Source of the DNA: an uncultured Planctomycetia bacterium
Lineage (GTDB): Bacteria > Omnitrophota > Gorgyraeia > Duberdicusellales > 4484-171
Assembly (NCBI GenBank): GCA_964629785.1
Contig: CAZVRU010000002.1
Coordinates: 34,861 to 98,860 of the forward strand
Direction: 5' to 3'
DNA: 64,000 nucleotides
Each line of letters opens with the position of its first letter. Within the stretch, counting starts at the first letter, position 1. The translations under genes and the position numbers were made by a program. The notes beneath the pieces were generated by a model. The model was not told the origin of the DNA. It saw nothing but the letters and a program-made list of their open reading frames with translations, and did no database searches. Shown piece by piece: positions 38,472-48,158 of the stretch.

Positions 38472-40019
38472 ATGGCTAAAAAAACCGACACCATTCTGAT
38501 ACTTGATTTTGGTTCGCAGTACACTCAACTGATCGCCCGCCGGGTCAGAGAACTGAAAGTTTTCAGTTTGATCGAACCCTGTAATCTGAGCGCCGAGAAA
38601 ATAAAAAAAATAGCGCCGCGCGGGATAATCCTTTCCGGTGGTCCGCATAGTGTCTATGAGCCTGAGGCGCCGGCTCTTAATCCAGCCATACTCAAAAGCG
38701 GAGTACCGGTTCTGGGCATCTGTTACGGGATGCAGATCCTGATGAAAGAACTGGGCGGAAAGGTCCGGGCTTCGGCCGAACGGGAATACGGTAAGGCCGA
38801 GATGTATGTCGATCGCAGAAATGAGCTGTTGTATTCCCTGCCGGTGAAATTCACTTCCTGGATGAGCCATACTGACCAGGCCGTGGAAATACCCAAAGGA
38901 TTTCAGCGGCTGGCTCACACGCTTAATACGGAAAATGCCGCGGTCGGCCATACCCGGAAAAAGATCTACGGTGTCCAGTTCCATCCCGAAGTCGTCCATA
39001 CCCGCTATGGTACGCAGATAATCTCCAACTTTCTTTTCCGTATCTGCGAATGTTTTGCCAACTGGCAGCTGGAGGATTTTGTCGAGATCCAGATCGATAA
39101 GATCCGGAAAAAAGTGGGCAGGAAAAAAGTCATCTGCGGTTTAAGCGGAGGGGTCGATTCGTCGACTCTGGCCGTGCTCATTCACCGGGCGATCGGATCG
39201 CGGCTTAAATGTATCTTTGTCGATCAGGGGTTGCTGCGTAAGAAAGAGGCCCGGAGCGTGGAAAAGATATTCGGCGAGCACTATAAGCTCGATCTTCGCG
39301 TAGTCGATTCGTCAAGCCTGTTTTTGAACAAGCTTAAAAAAGTCACTGATCCGGAAGAAAAACGCAAGATAATCGGGCATACTTTTATCGATGTTTTCGA
39401 GGCTGAAGCAAAAAAAGTGAAAAATGCCGAATTCCTGGCCCAGGGAACGCTTTATCCCGATGTTATCGAATCAATCCCCCTGTTCGGCGGTCCGACGGCG
39501 ATGATAAAATCTCATCATAACGTAGGCGGGCTTCCCGAAAAAATGAGATTGAAACTTATCGAACCCTTTCGCCAGCTGTTCAAGGACGAAGTGCGGGAAG
39601 TCGCTGCCCTGCTTAAACTGCCCGAACAACTTATTCACCGTCATCCTTTTCCCGGTCCGGGACTGGCAGTCCGCATTGTCGGCGAGATCACGCCGCAGCG
39701 GCTCAGGATCTTGCGCAATGCCGACGCCATTTTAACAAAGATAATAAAAAAACGCGGTCTTTACCGCGACATCTGGCAGTGTTTCTGCGTTTTGCTGCCT
39801 TTGCGTACAGTAGGGGTAATGGGTGATAAGCGCACTTATGAGCATGTTGTCGCGGTCCGTGCCGTTACCAGTCTGGACGGTATGACTGCCGATTGGTTCC
39901 GCTTTCCTTCCGAAGTCCTGGAAGAGATATCCAATACCATTATCAATAGTGTTAAAGGTATCAACCGCGTGGTCCTGGACATAAGTTCCAAACCGCCGGC
40001 TACCATCGAGTGGGAATAA
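38472..40019 (+). CDS. guaA: GMP synthase (glutamine-hydrolysing)
   Basis: DFGSQYTQLI, GICYGMQ, QFHPE, SGGVDS, IKSHHNVGG, KPPATIEWE. Confidence 0.98.
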   Translation: MAKKTDTILILDFGSQYTQLIARRVRELKVFSLIEPCNLSAEKIKKIAPRGIILSGGPHSVYEPEAPALNPAILKSGVPVLGICYGMQILMKELGGKVRASAEREYGKAEMYVDRRNELLYSLPVKFTSWMSHTDQAVEIPKGFQRLAHTLNTENAAVGHTRKKIYGVQFHPEVVHTRYGTQIISNFLFRICECFANWQLEDFVEIQIDKIRKKVGRKKVICGLSGGVDSSTLAVLIHRAIGSRLKCIFVDQGLLRKKEARSVEKIFGEHYKLDLRVVDSSSLFLNKLKKVTDPEEKRKIIGHTFIDVFEAEAKKVKNAEFLAQGTLYPDVIESIPLFGGPTAMIKSHHNVGGLPEKMRLKLIEPFRQLFKDEVREVAALLKLPEQLIHRHPFPGPGLAVRIVGEITPQRLRILRNADAILTKIIKKRGLYRDIWQCFCVLLPLRTVGVMGDKRTYEHVVAVRAVTSLDGMTADWFRFPSEVLEEISNTIINSVKGINRVVLDISSKPPATIEWE

Positions 40020-40210
40020 GTTCAGACAGAAAAACTTTCTTTAATATTTGACCGGACTTCCGGCTTTTGGTAAATGGTTTTGTTTGACGGTTAAGCTGCC
40101 GGTTTTGGCCCGAGCCAGCGGTTACGTCTTCATTCAGGATGTTTTTACGTTGCCGTTAAACGTTAAACGATACGGTTTGGCAACCTTAAATCCTATACTC
40201 TGAATAAAAG

Positions 40211-43200
40211 ATGAAAACACATTCTGATTTCGTCCATCTTCATGTTCATACCCAGTACAGCCTTCTTGACGGCGCCTGCTCTCTGGAGCGGCTGGTAGAC
40301 AAGGCTGTTCAATATCGTCTTCCGGCCCTGAGCATAACCGATCACGGCAATCTTTTCGGAGCAGTGAAATTTTACAGCCTCTGTCTGAAGAAAGGGATCA
40401 AACCTATTCTGGGAAGCGAGGTCTATATCGCGCCGGGGGGTCGTCTGAAAAAAGAAGGTAAGATCAGCGACGAGGGCAACTGCCATCTCCTGTTGCTGGC
40501 CAAAGATGAAGAAGGGTACTCCAATCTGGTAAAACTGATCAGCCTGGCCAACCTGGAAGGGTTTTATTATAAACCGCGTATCGACCGGGAATTGCTGCAG
40601 CGATATTCTGCGGGACTTATCGCCTTGAGCGCCTGTCTTAAGGGCGAGATCCCGACGATGATTTTGAGAGGCGATAGCAACGGGGCCTACAAAAAGGCCG
40701 ACGAATATCTGTCGCTGTTCGGCAAAGGGAATTTTTATCTCGAATTAATGGATAACGGCATGAAAGAACAGCAGAAGGTCAATGCCGAACTGGTAAAGAT
40801 CTCCCGCGATCTGAACATACCGCTGGTAGCGACAAACGATATCCATTATCTTAACCGCGATGAATCCTTTGCTCATGAGGTATTGCTCTGCCTGCAGACC
40901 CAGACCACTCTGCTCGATCCCAATCGCCTTAAATTTTCCAGCGACACCTTTTACTTCCGCAGTCCCCAGGAGATGAAGGAGCTCTTCCGGGAATTTCCCG
41001 AGGCAATAAAAAACACTATTGAGATCGCTCAAAAATGCAATGTGACTTTCGACTTTTCGCGTATTCACCTGCCGCACTTCCCTTTGCCGCCGGGCGAGGA
41101 GAGTGAGGATTCTTTTTTGCGGAAACTCTGTCAGGAAGGCCTTTGTCGATGCTATCCCGGCTCCGGTAAAGAGGTCCAGGAGCGGCTGGAATATGAATTA
41201 GGCGTTATCAGTCAGATGGGTTTTTCCAGTTATTTTCTTATTGTCTGGGATCTGATAAGTTTTGCCAAACAGGAAGAGATACCGGTAGGTCCGGGCCGCG
41301 GTTCGGCTGCCGGAAGCATCGTCAGTTATCTGCTGGGTATTACCGACATCGATCCTCTGAAATATCAGCTGATCTTCGAACGTTTTCTCAATCCCCAGCG
41401 TATATCCATGCCTGATATCGATATGGATTTCTGTTATGAAAACCGGCAGCGAATCCTGGAATATGTGAGCCAGCGTTACGGAAAAGAGAACGTGGCCCAG
41501 ATCATTACTTACGGTACCTTACAGGCCCGGGCCGCGGTCCGGGACGTGGGCCGGGTTATCGGCATGAGTTATGCCGAAGTCGACCGTATTGCCAAGATGA
41601 TCCCCCATGGATTGGGTGCGCAGATATCGCTGCGCGAAGCTCTCACGGCGAGCAGCGAACTGAAAACAGTTTATGAGGGGGATGAACGGGTCAAACGGCT
41701 TATCGATACGGCGATAAAACTGGAAGGATTAAGCCGCCATTCGTCGACCCATGCGGCAGGAGTGGTCATATCCGATAAACCGTTAATGGACCGTATTCCC
41801 CTGTCCCGGGGCAGTGAAGGTGAAGTCATCACCGGTATGGACATGTCGTCTCTGGAAAAGGTGGGCATGCTGAAAATGGATTTTCTGGGGTTAAAGACTC
41901 TGACGGTCATCGAACAGACCAAAAAGATCATCCGCCGGGTGCGTTCGATAGACGTTGATATCAGTTCGATACCGCTTGATGATGCCAGAACTTTTTCCCT
42001 GCTCTCCCAGGGCAACACCATCGGGGTATTCCAGCTGGAAAGCAGCGGCATGAGGGATATACTGCAGAAAATGTCTCCCACCGAGTTTCGCGATCTGATC
42101 GCTGTGCTGGCCCTTTACCGGCCCGGCCCTCTGGGCAGCGGTCTGGTTTCCGATTTTATCGAACGTAAACTGGGCAAAAAACCGATACGCTATCTTCATC
42201 CCCGGCTCGAGTCTCTGCTGAAAGAAACCTACGGGATAATTTTATATCAGGAACAGACCATGCGGATCGTTCATGATCTGGCCGGTTTTTCCCTGGCTCA
42301 GGCCGACCTGTTGCGCAAAGCCATCGGCAAAAAAATACCGGAGATCATGCAGGAACAGCGTTCGATGTTTATCGAAGGATGCAAAAAGAACCGTATTGCG
42401 CCGGCAGTGTCGGCCAAGATATTCGACCTCATAGAATATTTTTCCGGATACGGGTTCAACAAAAGCCACAGTACTGCCTATGCCCTGATCACTTACCGGA
42501 CCGCTTATCTGAAAGCCAATTATCCGGTGGAATTCATGGCCGCTTTGCTGACCAGTGAACGTACCAATACCGATAAAATCGTGGAGTATATCCATGAAGC
42601 CCGGCAGATGGGCATTCAGGTGCTGCCGCCGGATATCAACACCAGTTTCGCCAATTTTACGGTCACTGACCGGGATAATATACGTTTTGGTCTTCTGGCG
42701 GTCAAGAACGTGGGAGAGGCGGCTCTGGAGAACATCATTAATGTGCGCAAAGAGCGGCTTTTCGATGATTTTTTTGATTTTTGCCAGAGAGTCGATTCGC
42801 GGGCCGTCAACAAAAAAGTCATTGAAAGCCTGATCAAATGCGGGGCAATGGACAGTCTGGGCCTGCGCCGTTCACAGATGGCCACGGTCCTCGACGATAT
42901 CCTGGAAAAAAACAACCGTCGCTCCCGGGAGGACAGCCGGCAATTGCTTTTCTTCGAAGAACCGGCACCTTCGGCGGCCCGGGACATACCGGATATCGAG
43001 GAATGGCCTTTGCAGCAGATCCTTCAATTCGAGAAACAGCTTCTCGGCATATATCTGAGCAGCCATCCTCTGCATTCCTACGAGAAGATGTTGAAATTAT
43101 TCGGGGTCCGAAAAATAAAAGATCTTTATGATATGACCCGAAGCGAGGAAGTGATCGTCGCCGGGATAATCGAGAACGTGAAAAAACTGACTACCCGCCG

Positions 43201-43636
43201 GACGCGGGAAGAGATGGCGGTGATCAAGATCGAGGACGACACTTTTCATATCGAGACACTGTTGTTTCCTAAAGTGTATGAGGTCTGCCAGCCCTGTCTG
43301 ACATCGTCTACGGCAGTGCTTGTTCAGGGTACTCTGGAACCGAAAGAGAGGGTGCCCAAGGTCCTGGCCAACCGCCTGCTGCTGATCGACGATCTCTGGC
43401 CGCAGGTCAAAGAGGTCAAGATCAGCTTAAAGGATAAGACAGTAAATCTTAAAGGGCTGAAGGAGATACTGCTCGGCAATAAGGGGGACACTCCGGTAGG
43501 GTTCGTTCTGGATAGCAAAAAATTCCCCAATGTCCGGGTCAAGGCTTCCCAGAGTTTCCGGGTCCGGCTTGACCAGCAGGTGATCGAATCCATAGCCTCG
43601 ATAGTCGGCCGGGAAAACTTATCCTTGACACTTTAG
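40211..43636 (+). CDS. dnaE: DNA polymerase III alpha subunit
   Basis: HLHVHTQYSLLDG PHP domain, GPGRGSAAGS, MPDIDMD, KMDFLGL, FNKSHS. Confidence 0.97.
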   Translation: MKTHSDFVHLHVHTQYSLLDGACSLERLVDKAVQYRLPALSITDHGNLFGAVKFYSLCLKKGIKPILGSEVYIAPGGRLKKEGKISDEGNCHLLLLAKDEEGYSNLVKLISLANLEGFYYKPRIDRELLQRYSAGLIALSACLKGEIPTMILRGDSNGAYKKADEYLSLFGKGNFYLELMDNGMKEQQKVNAELVKISRDLNIPLVATNDIHYLNRDESFAHEVLLCLQTQTTLLDPNRLKFSSDTFYFRSPQEMKELFREFPEAIKNTIEIAQKCNVTFDFSRIHLPHFPLPPGEESEDSFLRKLCQEGLCRCYPGSGKEVQERLEYELGVISQMGFSSYFLIVWDLISFAKQEEIPVGPGRGSAAGSIVSYLLGITDIDPLKYQLIFERFLNPQRISMPDIDMDFCYENRQRILEYVSQRYGKENVAQIITYGTLQARAAVRDVGRVIGMSYAEVDRIAKMIPHGLGAQISLREALTASSELKTVYEGDERVKRLIDTAIKLEGLSRHSSTHAAGVVISDKPLMDRIPLSRGSEGEVITGMDMSSLEKVGMLKMDFLGLKTLTVIEQTKKIIRRVRSIDVDISSIPLDDARTFSLLSQGNTIGVFQLESSGMRDILQKMSPTEFRDLIAVLALYRPGPLGSGLVSDFIERKLGKKPIRYLHPRLESLLKETYGIILYQEQTMRIVHDLAGFSLAQADLLRKAIGKKIPEIMQEQRSMFIEGCKKNRIAPAVSAKIFDLIEYFSGYGFNKSHSTAYALITYRTAYLKANYPVEFMAALLTSERTNTDKIVEYIHEARQMGIQVLPPDINTSFANFTVTDRDNIRFGLLAVKNVGEAALENIINVRKERLFDDFFDFCQRVDSRAVNKKVIESLIKCGAMDSLGLRRSQMATVLDDILEKNNRRSREDSRQLLFFEEPAPSAARDIPDIEEWPLQQILQFEKQLLGIYLSSHPLHSYEKMLKLFGVRKIKDLYDMTRSEEVIVAGIIENVKKLTTRRTREEMAVIKIEDDTFHIETLLFPKVYEVCQPCLTSSTAVLVQGTLEPKERVPKVLANRLLLIDDLWPQVKEVKISLKDKTVNLKGLKEILLGNKGDTPVGFVLDSKKFPNVRVKASQSFRVRLDQQVIESIASIVGRENLSLTL

Positions 43637-43653
43637 TTTGCCGGTGATACATT
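43625..43653 (+). promoter_or_regulatory. Sigma70-type promoter TTGACA-N17-TACATT (TG extension) for the HU/IHF gene
   Basis: Perfect -35 within the last dnaE codons; -10 ends 10 nt before ATG 43664. Confidence 0.6.
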
Positions 43654-43663
43654 GTCTGTGATT

Positions 43664-43936
43664 ATGACAAAGCGCGATATTGTTCTAAAAATCAGTGAAC
43701 AGACCGGCATCAAACAGATCGTGGTCAAAGAGGTCGTGCAGAAGACGTTCGATACGATCTATGAGGCGTTGAAGAGCGGCAAACGCATCGAAATACGCAA
43801 CTTCGGTGTGTTTTATCTTAAACGCCGTAAAAAGAAAGTCGGACGGAATCCCAAGACCGGTCAGGTCGTTCCTATTCCGGAACGGACCACGGTTGCCTTT
43901 AAGCCCGGGCTGGAAATGAAGAACACTATCTCCTAA
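43664..43936 (+). CDS. HU/IHF family nucleoid-associated protein
   Basis: MTKRDIV, IEIRNFGVF, GRNPKTG, FKPG. Confidence 0.93.
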   Translation: MTKRDIVLKISEQTGIKQIVVKEVVQKTFDTIYEALKSGKRIEIRNFGVFYLKRRKKKVGRNPKTGQVVPIPERTTVAFKPGLEMKNTIS

Positions 43937-43951
43937 TTTTCTTCCTTCCCG

Positions 43952-45223
43952 ATGGAAAACAATCACCAAAACAGGGGGAAAGTATTCGAACATGTGAAGG
44001 GTACTGTCGACTGGTTTTCTACCCAGAGCCTTTTGTTTCGAAAGATCATGGATGATGCCGCTGATCTGTTCAGGGTCTACGGTTACGAAGAGATAAATCT
44101 CCCTTTACTGGAAGAGCAGGGAGTGTTCATCAGGAGCGTGGGCGAGACAACTGATATCGTTGAAAAACAGATGTTTAAAATAGAAGGCCGGGACATAGTC
44201 CTGCGTCCCGAAGGGACTGCCCAGGTAGTCCGGTTTTTCAACGAAAAAAATCTTCATAAACAGAAAGATATCCATAAGTTTTTTTATCTGGGCCCGATGT
44301 TCAGGGGCGAACGGCCGCAAAAAGGGCGGTTGCGTCAGTTTCACCATCTGGGATGCGAGGTGTTCGGCGTGCCCGGTCCTTATGGCGATGCTGAAGTTAT
44401 CATGCTGGCCCGGGCCATACTGGAACGCAGCAAGATCAAAGACGTGTCTCTGCGCCTGAACAGTCTGGGCTGCGCCGAAGACAAAAAACGCCTGATGGCT
44501 GTTTTGCAGAAGAAGCTGGAAAAGAAAAAGAGCTCATTATGTGAGCTTTGCCAGCGCCGCCTGAAAAAGAACCCCCTGCGCGTGCTGGATTGCAAATCCC
44601 GGACCTGCCAAAAGGCAGTGGCCGGACTGGAACTGGGTAAAAATATGCTTTGTGATCCCTGTCGCCAGCATTTTGAAAAGGTCTGCTTTCTGCTGGATAT
44701 GATGGAGATACCTTATACCTATGATCCGTTTCTGGTACGGGGGCTGGATTATTATACCAATACTGTGTTTGAGTTCATTGCTTCCGGCCTGGGGGCTCAG
44801 GACGCCTGTGGTGCCGGAGGTCGTTATAACAGTCTGGTGCGTCGTATGGGCGGCCCGGATGTGCCGGCTCTGGGGTTTGCCCTGGGCCTGGAACGGCTCA
44901 TGCTCCTTTGCGATAAATCTGTTTTGCCGGACCAGGCCGCGGTATACGTCGCCTGTACTCCGGATACGATGATAGAACACGCCTTTAAGATCACTTCTTT
45001 TCTGCGTCAGCAGGGAATACCGGCTGATTGCAGCCTCAAGCCCAAATCATTAAAAGCGCAATTGCGCAGTGCCGAACGAAGCAAAGTCCGGGCCGTGATC
45101 CTGGTAGGGGAAGACGAGCTAAAAGAAGGTTGCCTTGTAGTGCGAAATATGAGACAATCTACCCAGGAAAAAATCGCCTGTGACCAACTGGTTACGGTAG
45201 TGCGTCAGTTACTGACCCTGTAA
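43952..45223 (+). CDS. hisS: Histidine--tRNA ligase
   Basis: LRPEGTA, FRGERPQKGRLRQF, LVRGLDYYT, GGRY, GFALGLER. Confidence 0.96.
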   Translation: MENNHQNRGKVFEHVKGTVDWFSTQSLLFRKIMDDAADLFRVYGYEEINLPLLEEQGVFIRSVGETTDIVEKQMFKIEGRDIVLRPEGTAQVVRFFNEKNLHKQKDIHKFFYLGPMFRGERPQKGRLRQFHHLGCEVFGVPGPYGDAEVIMLARAILERSKIKDVSLRLNSLGCAEDKKRLMAVLQKKLEKKKSSLCELCQRRLKKNPLRVLDCKSRTCQKAVAGLELGKNMLCDPCRQHFEKVCFLLDMMEIPYTYDPFLVRGLDYYTNTVFEFIASGLGAQDACGAGGRYNSLVRRMGGPDVPALGFALGLERLMLLCDKSVLPDQAAVYVACTPDTMIEHAFKITSFLRQQGIPADCSLKPKSLKAQLRSAERSKVRAVILVGEDELKEGCLVVRNMRQSTQEKIACDQLVTVVRQLLTL

Positions 45224-45239
45224 GAAGAGAGGTTTTTTT

Positions 45240-46634
45240 ATGCTGCGCAGCCATACCTGCGGACAACTGAGGGAGAGCGATATCGGAACTACGGCTACTC
45301 TTTGCGGCTGGGTCTTTGCCCGGCGCGATCACGGTAAGCTTATATTTATCGATATTACCGACCGTTACGGCGTGACCCAGGTGGTCATTACTCCCAAACC
45401 TTTTCCCGATGCTTATGAGCAGGCCAGGCAGTTGAAGACCGGTGACGCCATAAAGGTAACCGGTGAGGTCAACCGCCGTCCGGGAAAGACCGAAAATCCC
45501 AGATTGCCTACCGGCCTGGTGGAAGTATTCACTCAGGCCATCGAAATACTGGGACCGGCCAGCGAACTTCCTTTTCCGCCGGAAGACGAGATCGAGGTTT
45601 CCGAAGAGGTGCGTCTTTATCATCGTTATCTGGATCTGCGGCGGAATTCGGTACGCGATAAATTCATTCTCCGGCATCGTTTTAATCATGCTTTTCGCCG
45701 GTTTCTCGACAGTGAGGGGTTTTTGGAAGTCGAGACCCCTTTCCTTACCAAATCAACGCCGGAAGGGGCGCGCGATTTTCTGGTGCCGTCGCGGCTGAAT
45801 CCCTGTAACTTCTACGCGCTTCCCCAGTCGCCTCAGCTGTTCAAACAGATTTTGATGGTATCGGGTTTCGATAAATATTATCAGATAGCGCGTTGTTTTC
45901 GGGATGAAGACCTGCGTAAAGATCGACAGCCGGAGTTTACCCAGCTTGATCTGGAAGCCTCTTTCGTCGATGAAGAAGATATTTATGCTCTCAGCGAGAA
46001 GATGTTCGCCTTTGTCTTTAAAGAAGTATTGGGCGTTGATCTGCCCACGCCTTTTCCCCGTATTTCCTATAAAGAAGCCAGGGAGAAATATAATTCGGAT
46101 AAACCGGATGTGGGAGAAGGACCGTATCGTTTTCTCTGGGTCTGTGATTTCCCGCTTTTCGAATATGATCAGGAACAACAACGCTGGGATCCGTCCCATC
46201 ATCCTTTTACCGCGCCTCATCCCGATGATCTGGGATTTCTGGGCGGGGATAACGCTAAAGTCAGGGCCCGGGCCTATGACCTGGTCCTGAACGGTACTGA
46301 ACTGGCCAGCGGCTCGGTAAGGATACATTCTCAGGAACTGCAGAAAAAAATATTTTCGCTGATCGGTATTTCCCCGGAGGAGGCTCAGAAGAAATTCGCT
46401 CATCTGCTGCGCGCTTTTCAGTACGGAGCTCCGCCCCATGCCGGTATTGCTTTTGGTCTGGACCGTTTTTACGCCATGATGACCGGTTCGGAAAGTATCC
46501 GCGAGGTGATAGCCTTTCCCAAAACGCAGAAGGGTTTTTGCCTGTTGACCGACGCGCCTTCTTCGGTGGCGCCGGATCAGCTGGCAGAACTTTTTATTGA
46601 TGTATGCGAGCAGGAAAAAGGAGGTGAAAAATGA
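45240..46634 (+). CDS. aspS: Aspartate--tRNA(Asp/Asn) ligase, bacterial type without GAD insertion domain
   Basis: RSHTCG, RRDHG, STPEGARDF, LPQSPQLFKQ, FRDED..DRQPEF, PPHAGIAFGLDR; 464 aa. Confidence 0.95.
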   Translation: MLRSHTCGQLRESDIGTTATLCGWVFARRDHGKLIFIDITDRYGVTQVVITPKPFPDAYEQARQLKTGDAIKVTGEVNRRPGKTENPRLPTGLVEVFTQAIEILGPASELPFPPEDEIEVSEEVRLYHRYLDLRRNSVRDKFILRHRFNHAFRRFLDSEGFLEVETPFLTKSTPEGARDFLVPSRLNPCNFYALPQSPQLFKQILMVSGFDKYYQIARCFRDEDLRKDRQPEFTQLDLEASFVDEEDIYALSEKMFAFVFKEVLGVDLPTPFPRISYKEAREKYNSDKPDVGEGPYRFLWVCDFPLFEYDQEQQRWDPSHHPFTAPHPDDLGFLGGDNAKVRARAYDLVLNGTELASGSVRIHSQELQKKIFSLIGISPEEAQKKFAHLLRAFQYGAPPHAGIAFGLDRFYAMMTGSESIREVIAFPKTQKGFCLLTDAPSSVAPDQLAELFIDVCEQEKGGEK

Positions 46635-47131
46635 GATATACCGTGTTTTTGCTGATCCTGATCATGATGAGCGGCTGTCTGGTCCGTTCTTATACTGTGG
46701 AAAAACCGAGGGTCGATACAGATGTCTCCGGCAACCGGGGCTATCTTGCCGGTGCGCCGGCCGAAGAGCAGACGGAAATAAAAGAGACCAGGCCGGTAAC
46801 GGTGTTTGAGTTCGAACTGGGTTCGCACCGTCCGCGCAAAAAGAAAGCTGTTGCCGAACAACCGGCAGCAGTCGAAGAAGAGGCCGTGGAATCGTATATG
46901 GAAGAGGAAGTGGTGCTGGAAGAAGAAGTTTATCCGGTGATCGAAGAGACGGTCGAATCAGCAGAGGAGAACTACACTGTGCAGGAAAACGATACCCTGC
47001 AGAAGATCTCCCGGAAGTTTTACGGCACTACTAAAAAATATCTCCAGCTTTACGAATACAATAAAGACGTTCTGAAAAGTCCGGATAGACTGTATCCGGG
47101 GATGGGAATAAAGATCCCGGTACTGAATTAG
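46631..47131 (+). CDS. LysM-domain lipoprotein with acidic linker
   Basis: Lipobox MSGC; Glu-rich linker; YTVQENDTLQKISRKFYG...N...PDRLYPG..IKIP. Confidence 0.88.
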   Translation: MRYTVFLLILIMMSGCLVRSYTVEKPRVDTDVSGNRGYLAGAPAEEQTEIKETRPVTVFEFELGSHRPRKKKAVAEQPAAVEEEAVESYMEEEVVLEEEVYPVIEETVESAEENYTVQENDTLQKISRKFYGTTKKYLQLYEYNKDVLKSPDRLYPGMGIKIPVLN

Positions 47132-47132
47132 G

Positions 47133-48125
47133 ATGGAGCGGTTACTGGAGATAGGGAACAAGGATTTCCTTAGATCGCTGTGCGGTGTGGCCGACCGCAA
47201 TCTCAAGGCCATCGAACAAAAAATCGGCGTGTCTTTGCTTATCAAAAGCCATGGCCTGCAGATTGCCGGCAAAGAAGGCGAGGTAAAAAAAGCCGCAGCT
47301 CTTATCAGCCGGCTTCAGACCCTGTTCAAAGAAGGGGTAGTACTGCAGGAAGAAGAGGTCGCGGCCATGGCTTCGGCCAGGTCCGGAGCAGAGTCTGAGC
47401 CTTCCCTCCGCATTCCTGTGCCTTCAGCACAGAAAAAATTCATATTTCCCAAAACTCCGGGCCAGCGGGAATATGTCAAGGCAATGAAAAAATCGGATAT
47501 CACCTTTGCCATAGGCCCGGCCGGTACGGGCAAGACCTATTGCGCCATGGCCATGGCTGTCAATGCTTTGATGAAACAAAAAGTCAGCCGGCTTATCCTG
47601 ACCCGGCCGGCAATAGAAGCCGGAGAGTCACTGGGTTTTTTGCCCGGTGATATGCAGGCCAAGCTGGGGCCTTATCTGCGGCCCCTTTATGATGCCTTGT
47701 ACGATATGATCGAGGCCGATACAATAGAAGAATATCTGGAAACCGGTATCGTGGAGATCGTACCCCTGGCGTATATGCGGGGCCGGACCCTTAACAATGC
47801 CTTTATCATCCTGGATGAGGCTCAAAACTGTACATCCGAACAGTTAAAGATGTTTTTGACCCGTCTGGGGTTTGATTCCCGGGCTGTGATCACCGGCGAT
47901 ATAACCCAGAGCGATCTTCCCGGAGGCAAACCGCTGGGGCTGCTTAAAGCTCTGGATATAGTAAAACCGATAGAAGGAATCACGACGATCTGTCTTACCC
48001 AGAAAGACGTGGTCAGACATCCTTTGATCCAGAAGATAATCGAAGCCTATGAGAAAAGCAGCGGCAGAAAAAAAGAGGGCCGGGCCCGCAGCAGCAGAAA
48101 AAAGAAAGGCAGCGAAGCCGTATAG
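47133..48125 (+). CDS. phoH: PhoH family ATPase
   Basis: GPAGTGKT, LGFLPG, PLAYMRGRT, DEAQN, GDITQSDL, VVRHPL. Confidence 0.94.
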   Translation: MERLLEIGNKDFLRSLCGVADRNLKAIEQKIGVSLLIKSHGLQIAGKEGEVKKAAALISRLQTLFKEGVVLQEEEVAAMASARSGAESEPSLRIPVPSAQKKFIFPKTPGQREYVKAMKKSDITFAIGPAGTGKTYCAMAMAVNALMKQKVSRLILTRPAIEAGESLGFLPGDMQAKLGPYLRPLYDALYDMIEADTIEEYLETGIVEIVPLAYMRGRTLNNAFIILDEAQNCTSEQLKMFLTRLGFDSRAVITGDITQSDLPGGKPLGLLKALDIVKPIEGITTICLTQKDVVRHPLIQKIIEAYEKSSGRKKEGRARSSRKKKGSEAV

Positions 48126-48158
48126 CTGCTGTTGACCGGCGAATAAAGAGGAGTCAAG

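Noticed and set aside
40211-43636. Intein or split in dnaE
   Set aside because: Normal length (1141 aa), continuous motifs, no intein signatures.
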